DNA from: Acidobacteriota bacterium | GTDB lineage: Bacteria; Acidobacteriota; Blastocatellia; Pyrinomonadales; Pyrinomonadaceae | DNA length: 64,000 bases | Direction of reading: 5' to 3' | NCBI GenBank assembly: GCA_040002755.1 | Contig: JBDUDV010000004.1 | Span: 4,004 to 68,003, forward strand | In this document: positions 36,998 to 46,792 of the stretch, one piece after another | Layout of the letters: each line of letters starts with the position of its first letter | How positions within the stretch are numbered: position 1 is the first letter of the stretch | Made by a program: the position numbers and the translations under genes | Notes under the pieces: model-generated | Database searches by the model: none | The model's input: the letters and a program-made list of their open reading frames with translations, nothing else | What the model was told of the DNA's origin: nothing

Positions 36998-39043
36998 ATG
37001 CGTCATCTCAATCTGCGTTTTTTGACGGCGCTCGTCATGGCGGCGTCGATCGCGCTCGCGGCCTTCGCCCAGACTGCGCCGCACGGTTTCGATCCGGCCA
37101 ACATGTGCACCACCACTTGCAAAGCGTGTGAAGACTTTTATCAGTATGCCAACGGGGGCTGGATCGCCCGGAACGAAATTCCCCCGGCGTTTTCGACGTG
37201 GGGCATAAGTAGCCCAATGCGTGAAAAGAACGTCGCCACGCTGCAGCAAATTCTCGAAGACGCTGCGAAGAATACAGCGGCTCCGAAAGGCAGCAACGAA
37301 CAAAAGATTGGATCGTTTTACGCCAGTTGTATGGACGAAGCGAGGATCGAAGCGGCCGGCGCTACGCCGCTGGCGAAGGAACTCGCCGCCATCAACAATA
37401 TGAAAAGCGTGCGCGACCTACCGGCGATGCTCGCCCACTTGCACCGTATCGGCGTGCCCTCGATATTCAGTTTCGGCGCCGGCCAGGATTTCAAAAACAG
37501 CTCCAGCGTGATCGCCGTTACCGGGCAGGGTGGCCTTAGTCTTCCCGATCGCGATTTTTATTTGAAGGACGACGAAAAATCCCGGAGCACCCGCACTGCG
37601 TATGTTCAGCACGTGACCAACATGTTCAAGCTGCTTGGCGACAATGCCGATAACGCCGCGGCGGAAGCGCAGACGGTGATGAAGATTGAGACGCAGCTCG
37701 CGCAAGTCTCGCTGGATCGCGTGGCCCGCCGCGACGCATCGAAGCAGTATCACAAAATGTCGCCTGCGGACTTAAAGACTGTGATGGCAAACTTCGACTG
37801 GACGACCTACACCACTAAGCTCGGGGCGCCGAAGTTTTCCGAGATCAACGTCGCACACCCTGACTTCTTCAAAGGCGTCGATCAAATGCTCACCAGCGTG
37901 CCGATCGACGATTGGAAAACCTACTTGCGTTGGCATCTGGTCCACAATGCTGCTGATGCGCTCTCAACTCCTTTCGTCAACGAGGATTTTGATTTTTACA
38001 GCCGGACATTGAACGGCACGAAGGAAATTCAGCCGCGTTGGCGCCGTTGCGTCATCGCTAGCGATCAGCGGCTTGGCGAAGCGCTCGGCGAAGTCTACGT
38101 GAAAAGAGCCTTCCCGCCTGAAGCCAAAGCGCGCATGAAGCAACTAGTCAATAATCTGATCGTGGCCTTGCGCGAAGACATCCCGAGGCTCGACTGGATG
38201 AGCGAGCCAACCCGCCAGGCCGCGATTGCGAAGTTGAATGCCTTCACCGTGAAGATTGGTTATCCAGATAAGTGGCGCGACTATTCGGCGTTGAAGATCG
38301 AACGCACTTCGTTCGTAGACAATCTCCTTCGTTCAAGTGAGTTTGAACGACAACGAAACCTCGCGAAGATGGGCCAACCCGTCGATCGCACTGAGTGGGG
38401 CATGACGCCGCCGACCGTCAACGCCTACAACAACTCGCTGATGAACGAGATTGTTTTTCCCGCGGGCATTCTCCAACCACCCTACTTCGATCTGACCGGC
38501 GACGATGCGCTGAACTACGGGGCCATCGGCGCCGTTATCGGTCACGAAATGTCGCACGGCTTTGATGATCAGGGACGCAAGTTTGACCTTCAGGGTAATC
38601 TCAAAGACTGGTGGACTGAAGCTGATGCAAAGAACTACACCGAACGCGCCAACTGCGTTGAGCAACAGTTTTCCAGCTTCCACGTGGACGAAATCAACCT
38701 GAATCAGAACGGCAAACTCGTTTTGGGAGAATCGATCGGCGACCTCGGCGGACTCAAGATCTCGTGGCTCGCTTTTCAAAAATCCATGCAGGGCAAACCG
38801 CGGCCGGCAGACATTGACGGCTTCACACCTGAGCAGCGTTTTTTCCTCGGCTACGCGCAGGTGTGGGGCAGGAAGCAAACTCCCGAAGCGATGCGACAAC
38901 AGGTTTTGACGGACCCGCATCCGCTCGGTCGTTTTCGTGTCAACGGGCCGCTTTCAAACATGCCGCAGTTTGCGGAGGCGTTTCACTGCAACATGGGCGA
39001 CGCGATGGTGCGACCGCCGGAGAAGCGTTGCCAGGTTTGGTAA
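36998..39043 (+). CDS. pepO: M13 family zinc metallopeptidase (PepO / endothelin-converting-enzyme-like)
   Basis: 'VIGHEMSHGFD' (HExxH), 'GESIGDLGG' (ExxxD), 'NAYY-type NAYNNSL', C-terminal 'CQVW'. Signal peptide 'LTALVMAASIALAAFAQ'. AAGGAG lies 7 nt upstream of the ATG at 36998. Confidence 0.93.
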   Translation: MRHLNLRFLTALVMAASIALAAFAQTAPHGFDPANMCTTTCKACEDFYQYANGGWIARNEIPPAFSTWGISSPMREKNVATLQQILEDAAKNTAAPKGSNEQKIGSFYASCMDEARIEAAGATPLAKELAAINNMKSVRDLPAMLAHLHRIGVPSIFSFGAGQDFKNSSSVIAVTGQGGLSLPDRDFYLKDDEKSRSTRTAYVQHVTNMFKLLGDNADNAAAEAQTVMKIETQLAQVSLDRVARRDASKQYHKMSPADLKTVMANFDWTTYTTKLGAPKFSEINVAHPDFFKGVDQMLTSVPIDDWKTYLRWHLVHNAADALSTPFVNEDFDFYSRTLNGTKEIQPRWRRCVIASDQRLGEALGEVYVKRAFPPEAKARMKQLVNNLIVALREDIPRLDWMSEPTRQAAIAKLNAFTVKIGYPDKWRDYSALKIERTSFVDNLLRSSEFERQRNLAKMGQPVDRTEWGMTPPTVNAYNNSLMNEIVFPAGILQPPYFDLTGDDALNYGAIGAVIGHEMSHGFDDQGRKFDLQGNLKDWWTEADAKNYTERANCVEQQFSSFHVDEINLNQNGKLVLGESIGDLGGLKISWLAFQKSMQGKPRPADIDGFTPEQRFFLGYAQVWGRKQTPEAMRQQVLTDPHPLGRFRVNGPLSNMPQFAEAFHCNMGDAMVRPPEKRCQVW

Positions 39044-39063
39044 CGAATTAACCGCGAGTTTAC

Positions 39064-39137
39064 GCAGATGAGCGCGATCAGAATCGAGGGGCTATGAAAT
39101 TTGTAATCTCTTATTGATCTGATCTGCGTTCATCTGC
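39064..39137. repeat. Imperfect inverted repeat between convergent pepO and chrA (probable bidirectional terminator; word-repeat type)
   Basis: 'gcagatgagcgcgatcaga' (39064-39082) faces 'tctgatctgcgttcatctgc' (39118-39137). The arms contain GATCTG/CAGATC-like words. Confidence 0.5.
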
Positions 39138-39146
39138 CATCGGTTT

Positions 39147-40637
39147 TCAGGCGAGGAAAAACCCCAGCACAAAGCGAACTAAACCCGCGCCGAGAATGAC
39201 CCAAATTGCATTCGGGCGATAGCGCACCAGCACCACACCAGCGATCACCGCAATCAACAAGCCTACCCAACTGTGAATACCGGCGCGGCCGATGCTGATC
39301 CCGGCAGCTACCAGCAGACCAACAACAGCCGGCGTAACTCCTTTCAAAAACGATTGCACGATTTTGTTGGTGTGGAAACGCGCGAGCGACGATCCGGCAA
39401 CCACCATCATCAGAAACGACGGCAGAAAAATGCTTACCGTCGCCACCAGCGCGCCAAGTGTTCCCGCTACGCGATAGCCGATGAAGGTTGCGGTAATTAA
39501 AACGGGGCCGGGCGTGATCTGGCCGAGCGCGGTGGCGTCAACAAACTCCTGGTGCGTGAGCCAATGATGCAAGTCAACCACTTCCGTTTCAATCAAAGGA
39601 ATCATCACGAAGCCACCGCCAAACGTGACCGTGCCGATGCGCAGAAAAAGGGTTGACAGCGTCAGCAGCAAGGCAAACTTCGCAAAGACCGGCATAGCAG
39701 CGCCAAATACAGCCAGTGATCGAAGTTTCGTTTTCGATGGATCGGAAACATCGTGACCATGATCGAGATTCTCCTCCGTCGCTGCGCTGTCCGTTGTTTG
39801 ATCCGTCGCTTCAGCAGTTTCACTTTGCGCCGGCAGCCCTGCCCGCCGAACGCGCTCTTCCGCTATTGCGCGGGTTAGATAACCACCAACGAAGTTAGTG
39901 CGACGAAGCCGCCGGCGTCTTCTTTGCAGCGTTACGCGCGCGGAAATGCGTTTCCTACGTGAAGCTACGCCGCGAAGTTTTCCCAGCTTGCGCAGTTGTT
40001 TCTCGGCAAAAGAATCGATAAAGATGCCGATGAGACCGGCCACCAGCACCACCTCGATCACAGTGGCACTGAAAAACGCGACGACGATGCAGGCGAAGAC
40101 TGAAAGAAACCACTGCCATGGTTGGCCCAGCGTGTTACGTCCCATGCGCCAGGCAGTCACGATTATCAGCGCCACCACAGCGGCGTTCAGTCCATGAAAA
40201 AGCCGATCAGTGTCGGGCAGGTAGCGCAGGTGGCGATAGAGAATGGCGAGCACGATCATCATCAGCATCGACGGCAAAATGAAGCCCGCCATCGACACGG
40301 CGGCGCCGCGCCAACCGCGAATCCTGAGCCCAACATAAGTGGTCATGTTGCCGGCAGAGGTGCCAGGCAGGGTTTGCGCAAGCGCAAAGCCGGAAGCGAA
40401 CTCCTGCTCCGTGAGCCAACGGCGCTGCTTCACAGCGAGCGTTCTGACTTGTGCAATCACCGCCAGTCCGCCGCCAAAACCGACCGTGCCGATTTTCAGA
40501 AATGAAAGAAAGAGTCCGCCGAGGGTTGGGGTCTGGGCGATGCGCTCGATTTCGCGGCTAGTATCCCGCACGCGCGTCCGCATCTTGCGTGCACGATTCC
40601 TTATTCTACTCGCCCGCTTGTCGACCGGTGTCACCAC
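39147..40637 (-). CDS. chrA: Chromate transporter ChrA (two fused CHR domains)
   Basis: Two homologous halves each carry 'F..FLKIGT..FGGG.A.I......V....W......F......A...PGP'. They are joined by an Arg-rich then acidic linker ('RRKRISARVTLQRRRRRLRR...ETAEATDQTTDSAATEENLDHGHD'). Confidence 0.85.
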   Translation of the reverse strand: MVTPVDKRASRIRNRARKMRTRVRDTSREIERIAQTPTLGGLFLSFLKIGTVGFGGGLAVIAQVRTLAVKQRRWLTEQEFASGFALAQTLPGTSAGNMTTYVGLRIRGWRGAAVSMAGFILPSMLMMIVLAILYRHLRYLPDTDRLFHGLNAAVVALIIVTAWRMGRNTLGQPWQWFLSVFACIVVAFFSATVIEVVLVAGLIGIFIDSFAEKQLRKLGKLRGVASRRKRISARVTLQRRRRRLRRTNFVGGYLTRAIAEERVRRAGLPAQSETAEATDQTTDSAATEENLDHGHDVSDPSKTKLRSLAVFGAAMPVFAKFALLLTLSTLFLRIGTVTFGGGFVMIPLIETEVVDLHHWLTHQEFVDATALGQITPGPVLITATFIGYRVAGTLGALVATVSIFLPSFLMMVVAGSSLARFHTNKIVQSFLKGVTPAVVGLLVAAGISIGRAGIHSWVGLLIAVIAGVVLVRYRPNAIWVILGAGLVRFVLGFFLA

Positions 40638-40671
40638 TAGGGCAACAGACTAACACAACGCCCCCGTCACG

Positions 40672-42435
40672 TTAGAATTTCACCACCGTGTCGAATTGCA
40701 AGCGGAACGTGGAACGGTTCAATGAGCCGGGCGGCGTAGCGACGAAGGGACCCAACAGTCCGTTGGGACGCTCGGTAAAAATGCCCGTCATCGATAGCGT
40801 CACGCGCGCATCCGCAGCATAAGAGAATTGGAAGCGGTGGCCGCGAATATCAGACTGCTGCGTCACGTCAGAAAAATTAAACGGCGTAAGCACTGCATCT
40901 TTTTCGATCCGCATGAACGTGTAACCAAGCTGCATGTCGCCGCGCGCCTTCGTGGCGCCAATCTGAACTTCACCCCAGAAGCCCTGGTTTTCATGATTAG
41001 GAACGAGCAAGTCCGCGCCTCCAGGCCCGGCGCTGACAACGTTGTGCGTTTGCGTATTAGTGACCAGATTCAACAGCACAGTCACGGGAAATCGTTTGCT
41101 TTGTTTCAACTCGAGCCGAGCCAGCAGGTCAACGAGGTTGTAGCCTGAAGCCAGCCGTCCGTCGCGATTTGTCGCGTTGTTGCTCGCGTTCGTCAGCCCC
41201 AGTCCGCCGTGTCCGGCAACCAGCAGGTCACGCGATATCGCCACCTGCGTCGTAATCGTTTGCGCCGGATTCCCGCCGGCCGCGGGAATTGTGAAGGTTA
41301 ACGGCAGCAGCAAATTACTTCCGAAAACCTGCACCGGCGAGATGAACTGTGTTCCTGAAAAATATAGATCTGAAGCGGAAAGACTAAGCGCTACTTTCGC
41401 GTTCGGCTCGAAGCGCGCCCGCACCTGGCCACCGTAGAGCGCCAGGTCGCGGCCGCCACGCCGCGACTGATCAATATTGACTGTGCCATTGGCGTTGCGA
41501 ACAAACGCAGAGTTGCGCTCGAGGAAAGGAAGCTGGAAAGCGACAAAGATCATTTCCTTCAGCTTGGATTTCTTTGACGCGTGCGTGTACGACTCGTTAA
41601 AGCCCTCCACCATCAAATCGTTGTCGATAGTCAATTCGGTGAACGCCCAGGGCGGTTCGAATTTTCCACCTTGAAGCCGCAACCCGGCAACGCGTTTCGG
41701 CTTGTAAGTTATGAAGGCCTGATCGAGCTCGAAAGGTTTACGAGTGAAAAAATCCGTGAGAGTTTGGTTGGTCGAAATATTGTCGGCGAAGCTGCCGGTA
41801 GCCAAACGCATCCCCCAGTCAAACTCGTTATTGATGCTACCGCGCATCTGTAGCCGCGCACGCAGACGCATGCGGTGACGCGGACTCAATTCATTTCCTA
41901 ACACCGCCGGATTGTCACCGTTGGTCAAACTGTTTGACAGGCCAAAAAAAGATTCTGAGCGCAGGCGAATGTCGCCGCTAAACTTGATCGCGCCTATTTC
42001 TGACACGCGCGTCTCAACCTTCTTCAGTCGGTCTTCGACGGTGGGAGTCTGCGCGGTTTCGACACCCATGGTCGCACTGGTGGCTGGAGTTGCTGCCGTC
42101 AATGGCTGCCCATTCACTTTGCCCGCCAGCAAGCGAATTGTCTCCTGTTGCTCCGCGATAGTCTGTTGCATTTGATTCAGCCGCTCGTTCTGTTGCTCCA
42201 ACAGCTGGGCCAGCGCGTCCAGTTTTTCTTCGGTAGTCTCCGGTTTTTTGTCGCCCGGTGACGCTTCTCCCTTCTTCTTTTCCGTCTCGCTTGTCTCGCG
42301 CAGGAAGCTGTGACCTTCGCCGGAATTCGCCGGGGCCATGTTTTGCGCGTGAGTAGCAGTCGCGGAAAAAAGGAAAGGTGCCAGCAGTGACAACAGGAAA
42401 AGGGATCTGGTGCTATGCGAACTGAATATCAACAT
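40672..42435 (-). CDS. Outer-membrane porin with N-terminal coiled-coil ('putative porin' type)
   Basis: Signal peptide 'LFLLSLLAPFLFSATATHAQ'. Coiled-coil 'EEKLDALAQLLEQQNERLNQMQQTIAEQQETIRLL'. Beta-rich remainder ending 'RLQFDTVVKF'. Confidence 0.7.
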   Translation of the reverse strand: MLIFSSHSTRSLFLLSLLAPFLFSATATHAQNMAPANSGEGHSFLRETSETEKKKGEASPGDKKPETTEEKLDALAQLLEQQNERLNQMQQTIAEQQETIRLLAGKVNGQPLTAATPATSATMGVETAQTPTVEDRLKKVETRVSEIGAIKFSGDIRLRSESFFGLSNSLTNGDNPAVLGNELSPRHRMRLRARLQMRGSINNEFDWGMRLATGSFADNISTNQTLTDFFTRKPFELDQAFITYKPKRVAGLRLQGGKFEPPWAFTELTIDNDLMVEGFNESYTHASKKSKLKEMIFVAFQLPFLERNSAFVRNANGTVNIDQSRRGGRDLALYGGQVRARFEPNAKVALSLSASDLYFSGTQFISPVQVFGSNLLLPLTFTIPAAGGNPAQTITTQVAISRDLLVAGHGGLGLTNASNNATNRDGRLASGYNLVDLLARLELKQSKRFPVTVLLNLVTNTQTHNVVSAGPGGADLLVPNHENQGFWGEVQIGATKARGDMQLGYTFMRIEKDAVLTPFNFSDVTQQSDIRGHRFQFSYAADARVTLSMTGIFTERPNGLLGPFVATPPGSLNRSTFRLQFDTVVKF

Positions 42436-42508
42436 GATTCATCATCCTTTTTGTGAAGAGACTCCTGAAGAAATCACACCGGGAACGCCCCACAATGTCA
42501 CTTTAGTC

Positions 42509-42534
42509 TTAAGGTCAAGTGAACACGACCTTAA
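42509..42534 (-). terminator. 8-bp perfect hairpin downstream of the 271-aa gene (no U-tract)
   Basis: 'ttaaggtc' (42509-42516) pairs with 'gaccttaa' (42527-42534). The loop is 10 nt. Confidence 0.35.
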
Positions 42535-42558
42535 ATTGATGTTAACGGGCAGGGTTCC

Positions 42559-43374
42559 TCAATCGAGCAGCACTCGCGTCGACAACGCCTCCGCCCGCTC
42601 AATCGCCGCCAGCAACCGGAGAAACTGCGAATAGTTTTTTCCGCGCGCGGTGAGACGCGCAATCTCCGACTGGCTTAGATCGTTGCGCAGCATAAGGTCG
42701 AGAAAGTCGTGGTAGTCGGCAGTAGCTGCAAACGGAAGTTCGCGAACGTAAGTCGTTTCCTCATTATCCTCGGAACGAAACCCGGCAAGCACATCGAAGA
42801 CGTTGTCAGTCGTAAGGCGCGCGGCTTCTCGCGACAAACGAATCGGCAGACGCAGCTCAAAAAAACGTAAACCTTCGGAAGTGGTAACGCGGCGCAGTTC
42901 TTTCGTCGCCTCGCCATCAAACGGCGACTCCGCATCGATCAGTATGCGCAGCAAGCGTGGTTGATCTTCGCTATCCACCGTGTCGAGCGCGAGCTGGACG
43001 CGGTCGGCAAGAAATTTTTCAAACTGCGCTTCGATTGGATAAGTGATGCGCCCGAGGCAGCCCACCGCTTCACCCTCGCCGGCAATCCCAGCAGCGCCCT
43101 CAGGTAAACAAGCCGGACAACTCGCACAGATTTCAGTTTCAGCCTGCATGAGTTCAACTTCGTCGCGCGCGTTTTCCACCCACTCGAGTTTTTCCTGCGT
43201 GGGCGCGCCCGTGTCACCGGTAGTCAGTTGCGCATGAAGATTGCTGAGCCGGCCCCACTCGCGCAGATGCTTCTCGGTGTAGCGAGCGCGCAGCGTGCAG
43301 GGATATTGGACGGCGAATTCAAGTGACAAAGCTGATTCTCGGAGATCGGAATCCGAACGTTCGTTGGGGAGCAA
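42559..43374 (-). CDS. Hypothetical protein (271 aa) with CxxCxxC...C motif; third gene of a compact cassette
   Basis: Long ORF with coding-like composition. 'EICASCPACLPEGAAGIAGEGEAVGCLGRI'. Its start lies 8 nt after the stop of the 76-aa gene. No family recognised. Confidence 0.65.
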   Translation of the reverse strand: MLPNERSDSDLRESALSLEFAVQYPCTLRARYTEKHLREWGRLSNLHAQLTTGDTGAPTQEKLEWVENARDEVELMQAETEICASCPACLPEGAAGIAGEGEAVGCLGRITYPIEAQFEKFLADRVQLALDTVDSEDQPRLLRILIDAESPFDGEATKELRRVTTSEGLRFFELRLPIRLSREAARLTTDNVFDVLAGFRSEDNEETTYVRELPFAATADYHDFLDLMLRNDLSQSEIARLTARGKNYSQFLRLLAAIERAEALSTRVLLD

Positions 43375-43382
43375 TCGCTGTT

Positions 43383-43613
43383 CTAGGCTGCTGACAAAAG
43401 CGCTTTCTGGGCTGTTTGAGACAGCTCTGTTGCGACAAAGTAGTCCCCGGGATAAAGATAGTCCTCGCCTGATTCGTCGATTAAACGCACGTAGCCATCA
43501 GCTATTGCAGATTTGTCAGGCCCAAGTCGATAAATCTTCCGTGTCTCCAAATCATCACAGTCCTCGTTTCGGATGCAGAGGACGAATTGTGTTTCTCGTT
43601 CTCGTTGGTTCAT
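43383..43613 (-). CDS. Small conserved hypothetical protein (76 aa)
   Basis: 'FVLCIRNEDCDDLETRKIYRLGPDKSAIADGYVRLIDESGEDYLYPGDYFVATELSQ' matches a small uncharacterised family I recall from cyanobacterial and soil genomes ('...LIRVIDESGEDYLYP..YF..IELPQ'). From memory, that family is usually paired with the upstream gene type. Confidence 0.65.
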   Translation of the reverse strand: MNQRERETQFVLCIRNEDCDDLETRKIYRLGPDKSAIADGYVRLIDESGEDYLYPGDYFVATELSQTAQKALLSAA

Positions 43614-43618
43614 GGCTT

Positions 43619-43851
43619 TTAGTCCAAATAGCGTTTGATTTTCATCTTTCGCTTGCCTATCCCGTGTGCCTCATACCAATGCAATTCCACGTTTCGTATC
43701 CTACCACTGGCCAGCCGAACTCTGGCAACACCTTTGAGCTTCGCCAACGACCAACTCCAAATTGCTTTCGCAGCCGCCCGAACTCCCGACTAGAAGGACC
43801 GGCCGCAATTGTTTCCGTTTCAACGATCTCGCCAATGATTTCGAAATACAT
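43619..43851 (-). pseudogene. Small conserved hypothetical gene (about 77 aa) disrupted by a 1-nt frameshift
   Basis: The frame from ATG 43851 gives 'MYFEIIGEIVETETIAAGPSSREFGRLRKQFGVGRWR' and then degenerates, stopping at 43657. Shifting one nt at about 43738-43743 (CGAAGC where CGAAAGC is expected) gives 'KLKGVARVRLASGRIRNVELHWYEAHGIGKRKMKIKRYLD*', ending at TAA 43619-43621. I recognise that sequence as the conserved C-terminus of this family. Confidence 0.7.
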
Positions 43852-43924
43852 AAGCTGGACTGAAGAATAGCTTACTTCTCAGTTGAGTAAGGACGCGCCA
43901 CCTCATACTGCTAGAATAGAATTG

Positions 43925-45289
43925 ATGCAAGGTTCCATTTATCCGCCTGGCCCGCGCCGGATTATTCCGTTGTCAGGCTTGCTCGCTTACCGCAAGGGCC
44001 CGCTGCCATTTTTCCAAAACCTGGCGGCGCAGTATGGCGACATTTCTTACTTCCGCCTTGGCCCGCAGGAGGCGTTTTTTCTAAATCATCCCGAATACAT
44101 CAAAGACGTGCTGGTCACTAACCACCAGCGATTTCACAAAGGCCTCGCCCTGCAACGCGCGAAGCGATTGCTCGGCGAAGGACTGCTAACCAGCGAAGAT
44201 GAATTCCACCGGCGCCAAAGGCGTTTGGCGCAGCCGGCGTTTCATCGTGCTCGCGTTGCTTCCTACGCCAGCGTGATGACTGACTACGCGTCGCAAACCC
44301 GCGCGCGCTGGTGCGACAGCAACACCCTCGACATGTCTGAAGAAATGATGCAACTGACCCTCAGCATTGTGGGCAAGACACTTTTCGACGCCGATGTCGT
44401 TTCGGACGCCAAGGAAGTTGGCGAAGCAATGACCGTGGTGATGGATCTCTTCAACATCATTACTATTCCGTTCTTTGAGTTACTACAGAAGCTTCCGCTG
44501 CCGCAGTTGCGCCGTTTCGATGCGGCCAAAGCGAAACTGGACACGATCATCTATCGCTTGATCGAGGAGCGGCGGCGTAGCGATAGAGACCGAGGCGATC
44601 TGTTGTCGATGTTGTTGCTGGCTCAGGACACTGAAGGCGACGGCGGCGCGATGACTGACGAGCAGTTGCGCGATGAACTCATGACTATCTTTCTGGCCGG
44701 CCATGAGACCACGGCAAACGCGTTGACCTGGACCTGGTATTTGTTGTCACAGAATCCTGAGGCCGAAGCCAGAATGCATAAAGAAATTGATCGCGTGCTC
44801 GGAGGGCGATTGCCCGGCTTCGACGATGTGGCGCAACTGAAATATACCGAGATGGTGCTGGCTGAATCGATGCGGCTTTACCCGCCGGCGTGGGCCCTCG
44901 GCCGCCTCGCCATGGAAGATTTCGAGATTGGTGGTTACCTGGTTCCGAAAAAATCCCTCGTGCTCATGAGCCAATACGTGATGCACCGTGATTCGCGCTA
45001 CTTCACCGACCCGCTCAAATTTGACCCCTGGCGTTGGACGCCAGAAGCGCGCGAGTCGCGCCCGCAGTTTTCTTACTTTCCTTTTGGCGGCGGTCCGCGC
45101 CGCTGCATCGGCGAAGGCTTCGCGTGGATGGAAGGCATTCTTCTGATCGCGACCATCGCCCAGCACTGGCAAATGAGGCTAGTTCCGAACCATCCGGTGG
45201 CACTCAAGCCGGTGATCACGCTGAGACCGAAGCATGGGATGCGGATGACGGTGACCAGGAGGCAGACGGCAGGAGCAGGGTACAGGTGA
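43925..45289 (+). CDS. Cytochrome P450
   Basis: Heme-binding loop '[16 protein letters not shown]'. I-helix 'FLAGHETTA'. 'ESMRLYPP' (ExxR/PERF region). ATG at 43925 is preferred over the TTG at 43883. Confidence 0.93.
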   Translation: MQGSIYPPGPRRIIPLSGLLAYRKGPLPFFQNLAAQYGDISYFRLGPQEAFFLNHPEYIKDVLVTNHQRFHKGLALQRAKRLLGEGLLTSEDEFHRRQRRLAQPAFHRARVASYASVMTDYASQTRARWCDSNTLDMSEEMMQLTLSIVGKTLFDADVVSDAKEVGEAMTVVMDLFNIITIPFFELLQKLPLPQLRRFDAAKAKLDTIIYRLIEERRRSDRDRGDLLSMLLLAQDTEGDGGAMTDEQLRDELMTIFLAGHETTANALTWTWYLLSQNPEAEARMHKEIDRVLGGRLPGFDDVAQLKYTEMVLAESMRLYPPAWALGRLAMEDFEIGGYLVPKKSLVLMSQYVMHRDSRYFTDPLKFDPWRWTPEARESRPQFSYFPFGGGPRRCIGEGFAWMEGILLIATIAQHWQMRLVPNHPVALKPVITLRPKHGMRMTVTRRQTAGAGYR

Positions 45290-45335
45290 AGCGTGCCTTG
45301 GTTCACCTGCCGTCTGCCTTCTGCTTCTGCCTCCT
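45258..45335. repeat. Heptad-word imperfect hairpin overlapping the P450 stop codon
   Basis: 'caggtgaa' (45283-45290) pairs with 'ttcacctg' (45302-45309), and the outer 'aggaggcag' pairs with 'ctgcctcct'. The right arm reads 'cctgccg tctgcct tctgctt ctgcctc' as 7-nt words. Confidence 0.5.
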
Positions 45336-45383
45336 CTCCTTATGGTAAGCTTGCCTCCTCCGGATAACCGCAATGTGAGGTCC

Positions 45384-45590
45384 ATGCCGATGTCAATTAG
45401 TCAGGATTTATTGGAAATACTCGCGTGTCCCGCCTGTAAGGCGAAGGTCGAATTAAAGGCCGATGGCAGCGGCTTGAAATGCGTTGGGTGCCGGCGCGTC
45501 TATCCTATCCGCGACGACATTCCGGTGATGCTCGTTGATGAGGCGACGATAGAAGGCGAAACAGAAGTTGAACCCGCCGAACGACCTTGA
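45384..45590 (+). CDS. Trm112/YcaR (UPF0434) family zinc-ribbon protein
   Basis: 'LLEILACPACKAKVELKADGSGLKCVGCRRVYPIRDDIPVMLVDEA' is the family signature. Confidence 0.85.
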   Translation: MPMSISQDLLEILACPACKAKVELKADGSGLKCVGCRRVYPIRDDIPVMLVDEATIEGETEVEPAERP

Positions 45591-45599
45591 ACTACTCTC

Positions 45600-46748
45600 T
45601 TGAATAGTCTAAAGGACATTCTTGAATCGTCTCCCCAACTACGCGGACTCCATCATGGATTGCGCGGCGAAGTTACCGCGCAGCCGCTCGCGCCGGCCAT
45701 GTGGGAATGGAAAACTGTCGAGCGAGTTCTCGTCATTCGTTTACGTTCCATCGGCGACACTGTACTGACAACTCCGTCGCTCCTGGCGTTAAAAAGATTT
45801 CTGCCGCATGCAAGCGTCGACATTTTGTTGGAAGACTGGGTAGCTCCCGTGCTCGCCGGATTTCCATCCGTTAACAATGTGATCACGCTCGAACGAAAGA
45901 GCACTTCCGCACGCGCGCGCGTCGCCCGGCAATTGCGCGCCAATAACTACGACGTTGTTTACAACTTGCACGGCGGCACAACGTCGACGTTGCTGACGCG
46001 CGCCAGCGGTGCAAAGCATCGCGTCGGTTACGAAACTTATCAATACGCCCGCCTGCATAATCACCTGTCACCTTCTTCGTCATTGCTTTGGGGGCGAGAC
46101 AAGACGCATTCTGTCGAGCAACAACTCGCGCTGCTTGGGTGGACGGGCGTCCCTGTCAGCGACCGACCGCCAACTCAGCTCGCAGTAACTCCGGAAGCAG
46201 CGGCCAAGATCGCCGCACGGCTGAAAGCTGCGGGATTAGACGAGGCGCCGTTGGCAGTGATTCATCCCGCAGCAGCGTTTGCGACGAAGCAGTGGGCGGC
46301 GGCTAAGTTTGGCCTGGTGGCAGAGGACGTTCGAAGTCGAGGTCTTGCGGTGATTGCCATAACAACGCCGAGCGAGAAATCCATCGTCGATGAGATGAGC
46401 AAGAATGCTGGTACGCCGGTTGCGGCGTTCACGGATTTATCTCTGCCGGAGGTAACAGCGCTGCTCGTGCGCGCGCGATTGTTCATCGGAAACGACAGCG
46501 GCATTGCACACATTGCGGCGGCAGTCGAAACTCCGTCAGTCGTCATTTTTGGCTCATCGAACACAGCGCACTGGCGGCCGTGGGCCAGCTCCGCGGCCGA
46601 AGTTGTCTATGAAGAGATGGAATGCCAACCCTGTCATGGCTACTTCTGCGAAAAGTTTGCAGAGGCGGAGTGCATCAAGCGCGTGCCGCTGGAACGTGTC
46701 ATCGCCGCGACTGAACGGGTATTGCGAGAAAGCGGCGGACATTCGTGA
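45600..46748 (+). CDS. Glycosyltransferase family 9 (LPS heptosyltransferase-like)
   Basis: 'RVLVIRLRSIGDTVLTTPSL' N-terminal GT9 motif. 'GNDSGIAHIAAA' C-terminal motif. The true start may be the internal Met at about 45699. Confidence 0.85.
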   Translation: MNSLKDILESSPQLRGLHHGLRGEVTAQPLAPAMWEWKTVERVLVIRLRSIGDTVLTTPSLLALKRFLPHASVDILLEDWVAPVLAGFPSVNNVITLERKSTSARARVARQLRANNYDVVYNLHGGTTSTLLTRASGAKHRVGYETYQYARLHNHLSPSSSLLWGRDKTHSVEQQLALLGWTGVPVSDRPPTQLAVTPEAAAKIAARLKAAGLDEAPLAVIHPAAAFATKQWAAAKFGLVAEDVRSRGLAVIAITTPSEKSIVDEMSKNAGTPVAAFTDLSLPEVTALLVRARLFIGNDSGIAHIAAAVETPSVVIFGSSNTAHWRPWASSAAEVVYEEMECQPCHGYFCEKFAEAECIKRVPLERVIAATERVLRESGGHS

Positions 46749-46792
46749 CCTGGACACTGATCCAGTTTCCAGATTTGGATTAATCGTCAATC

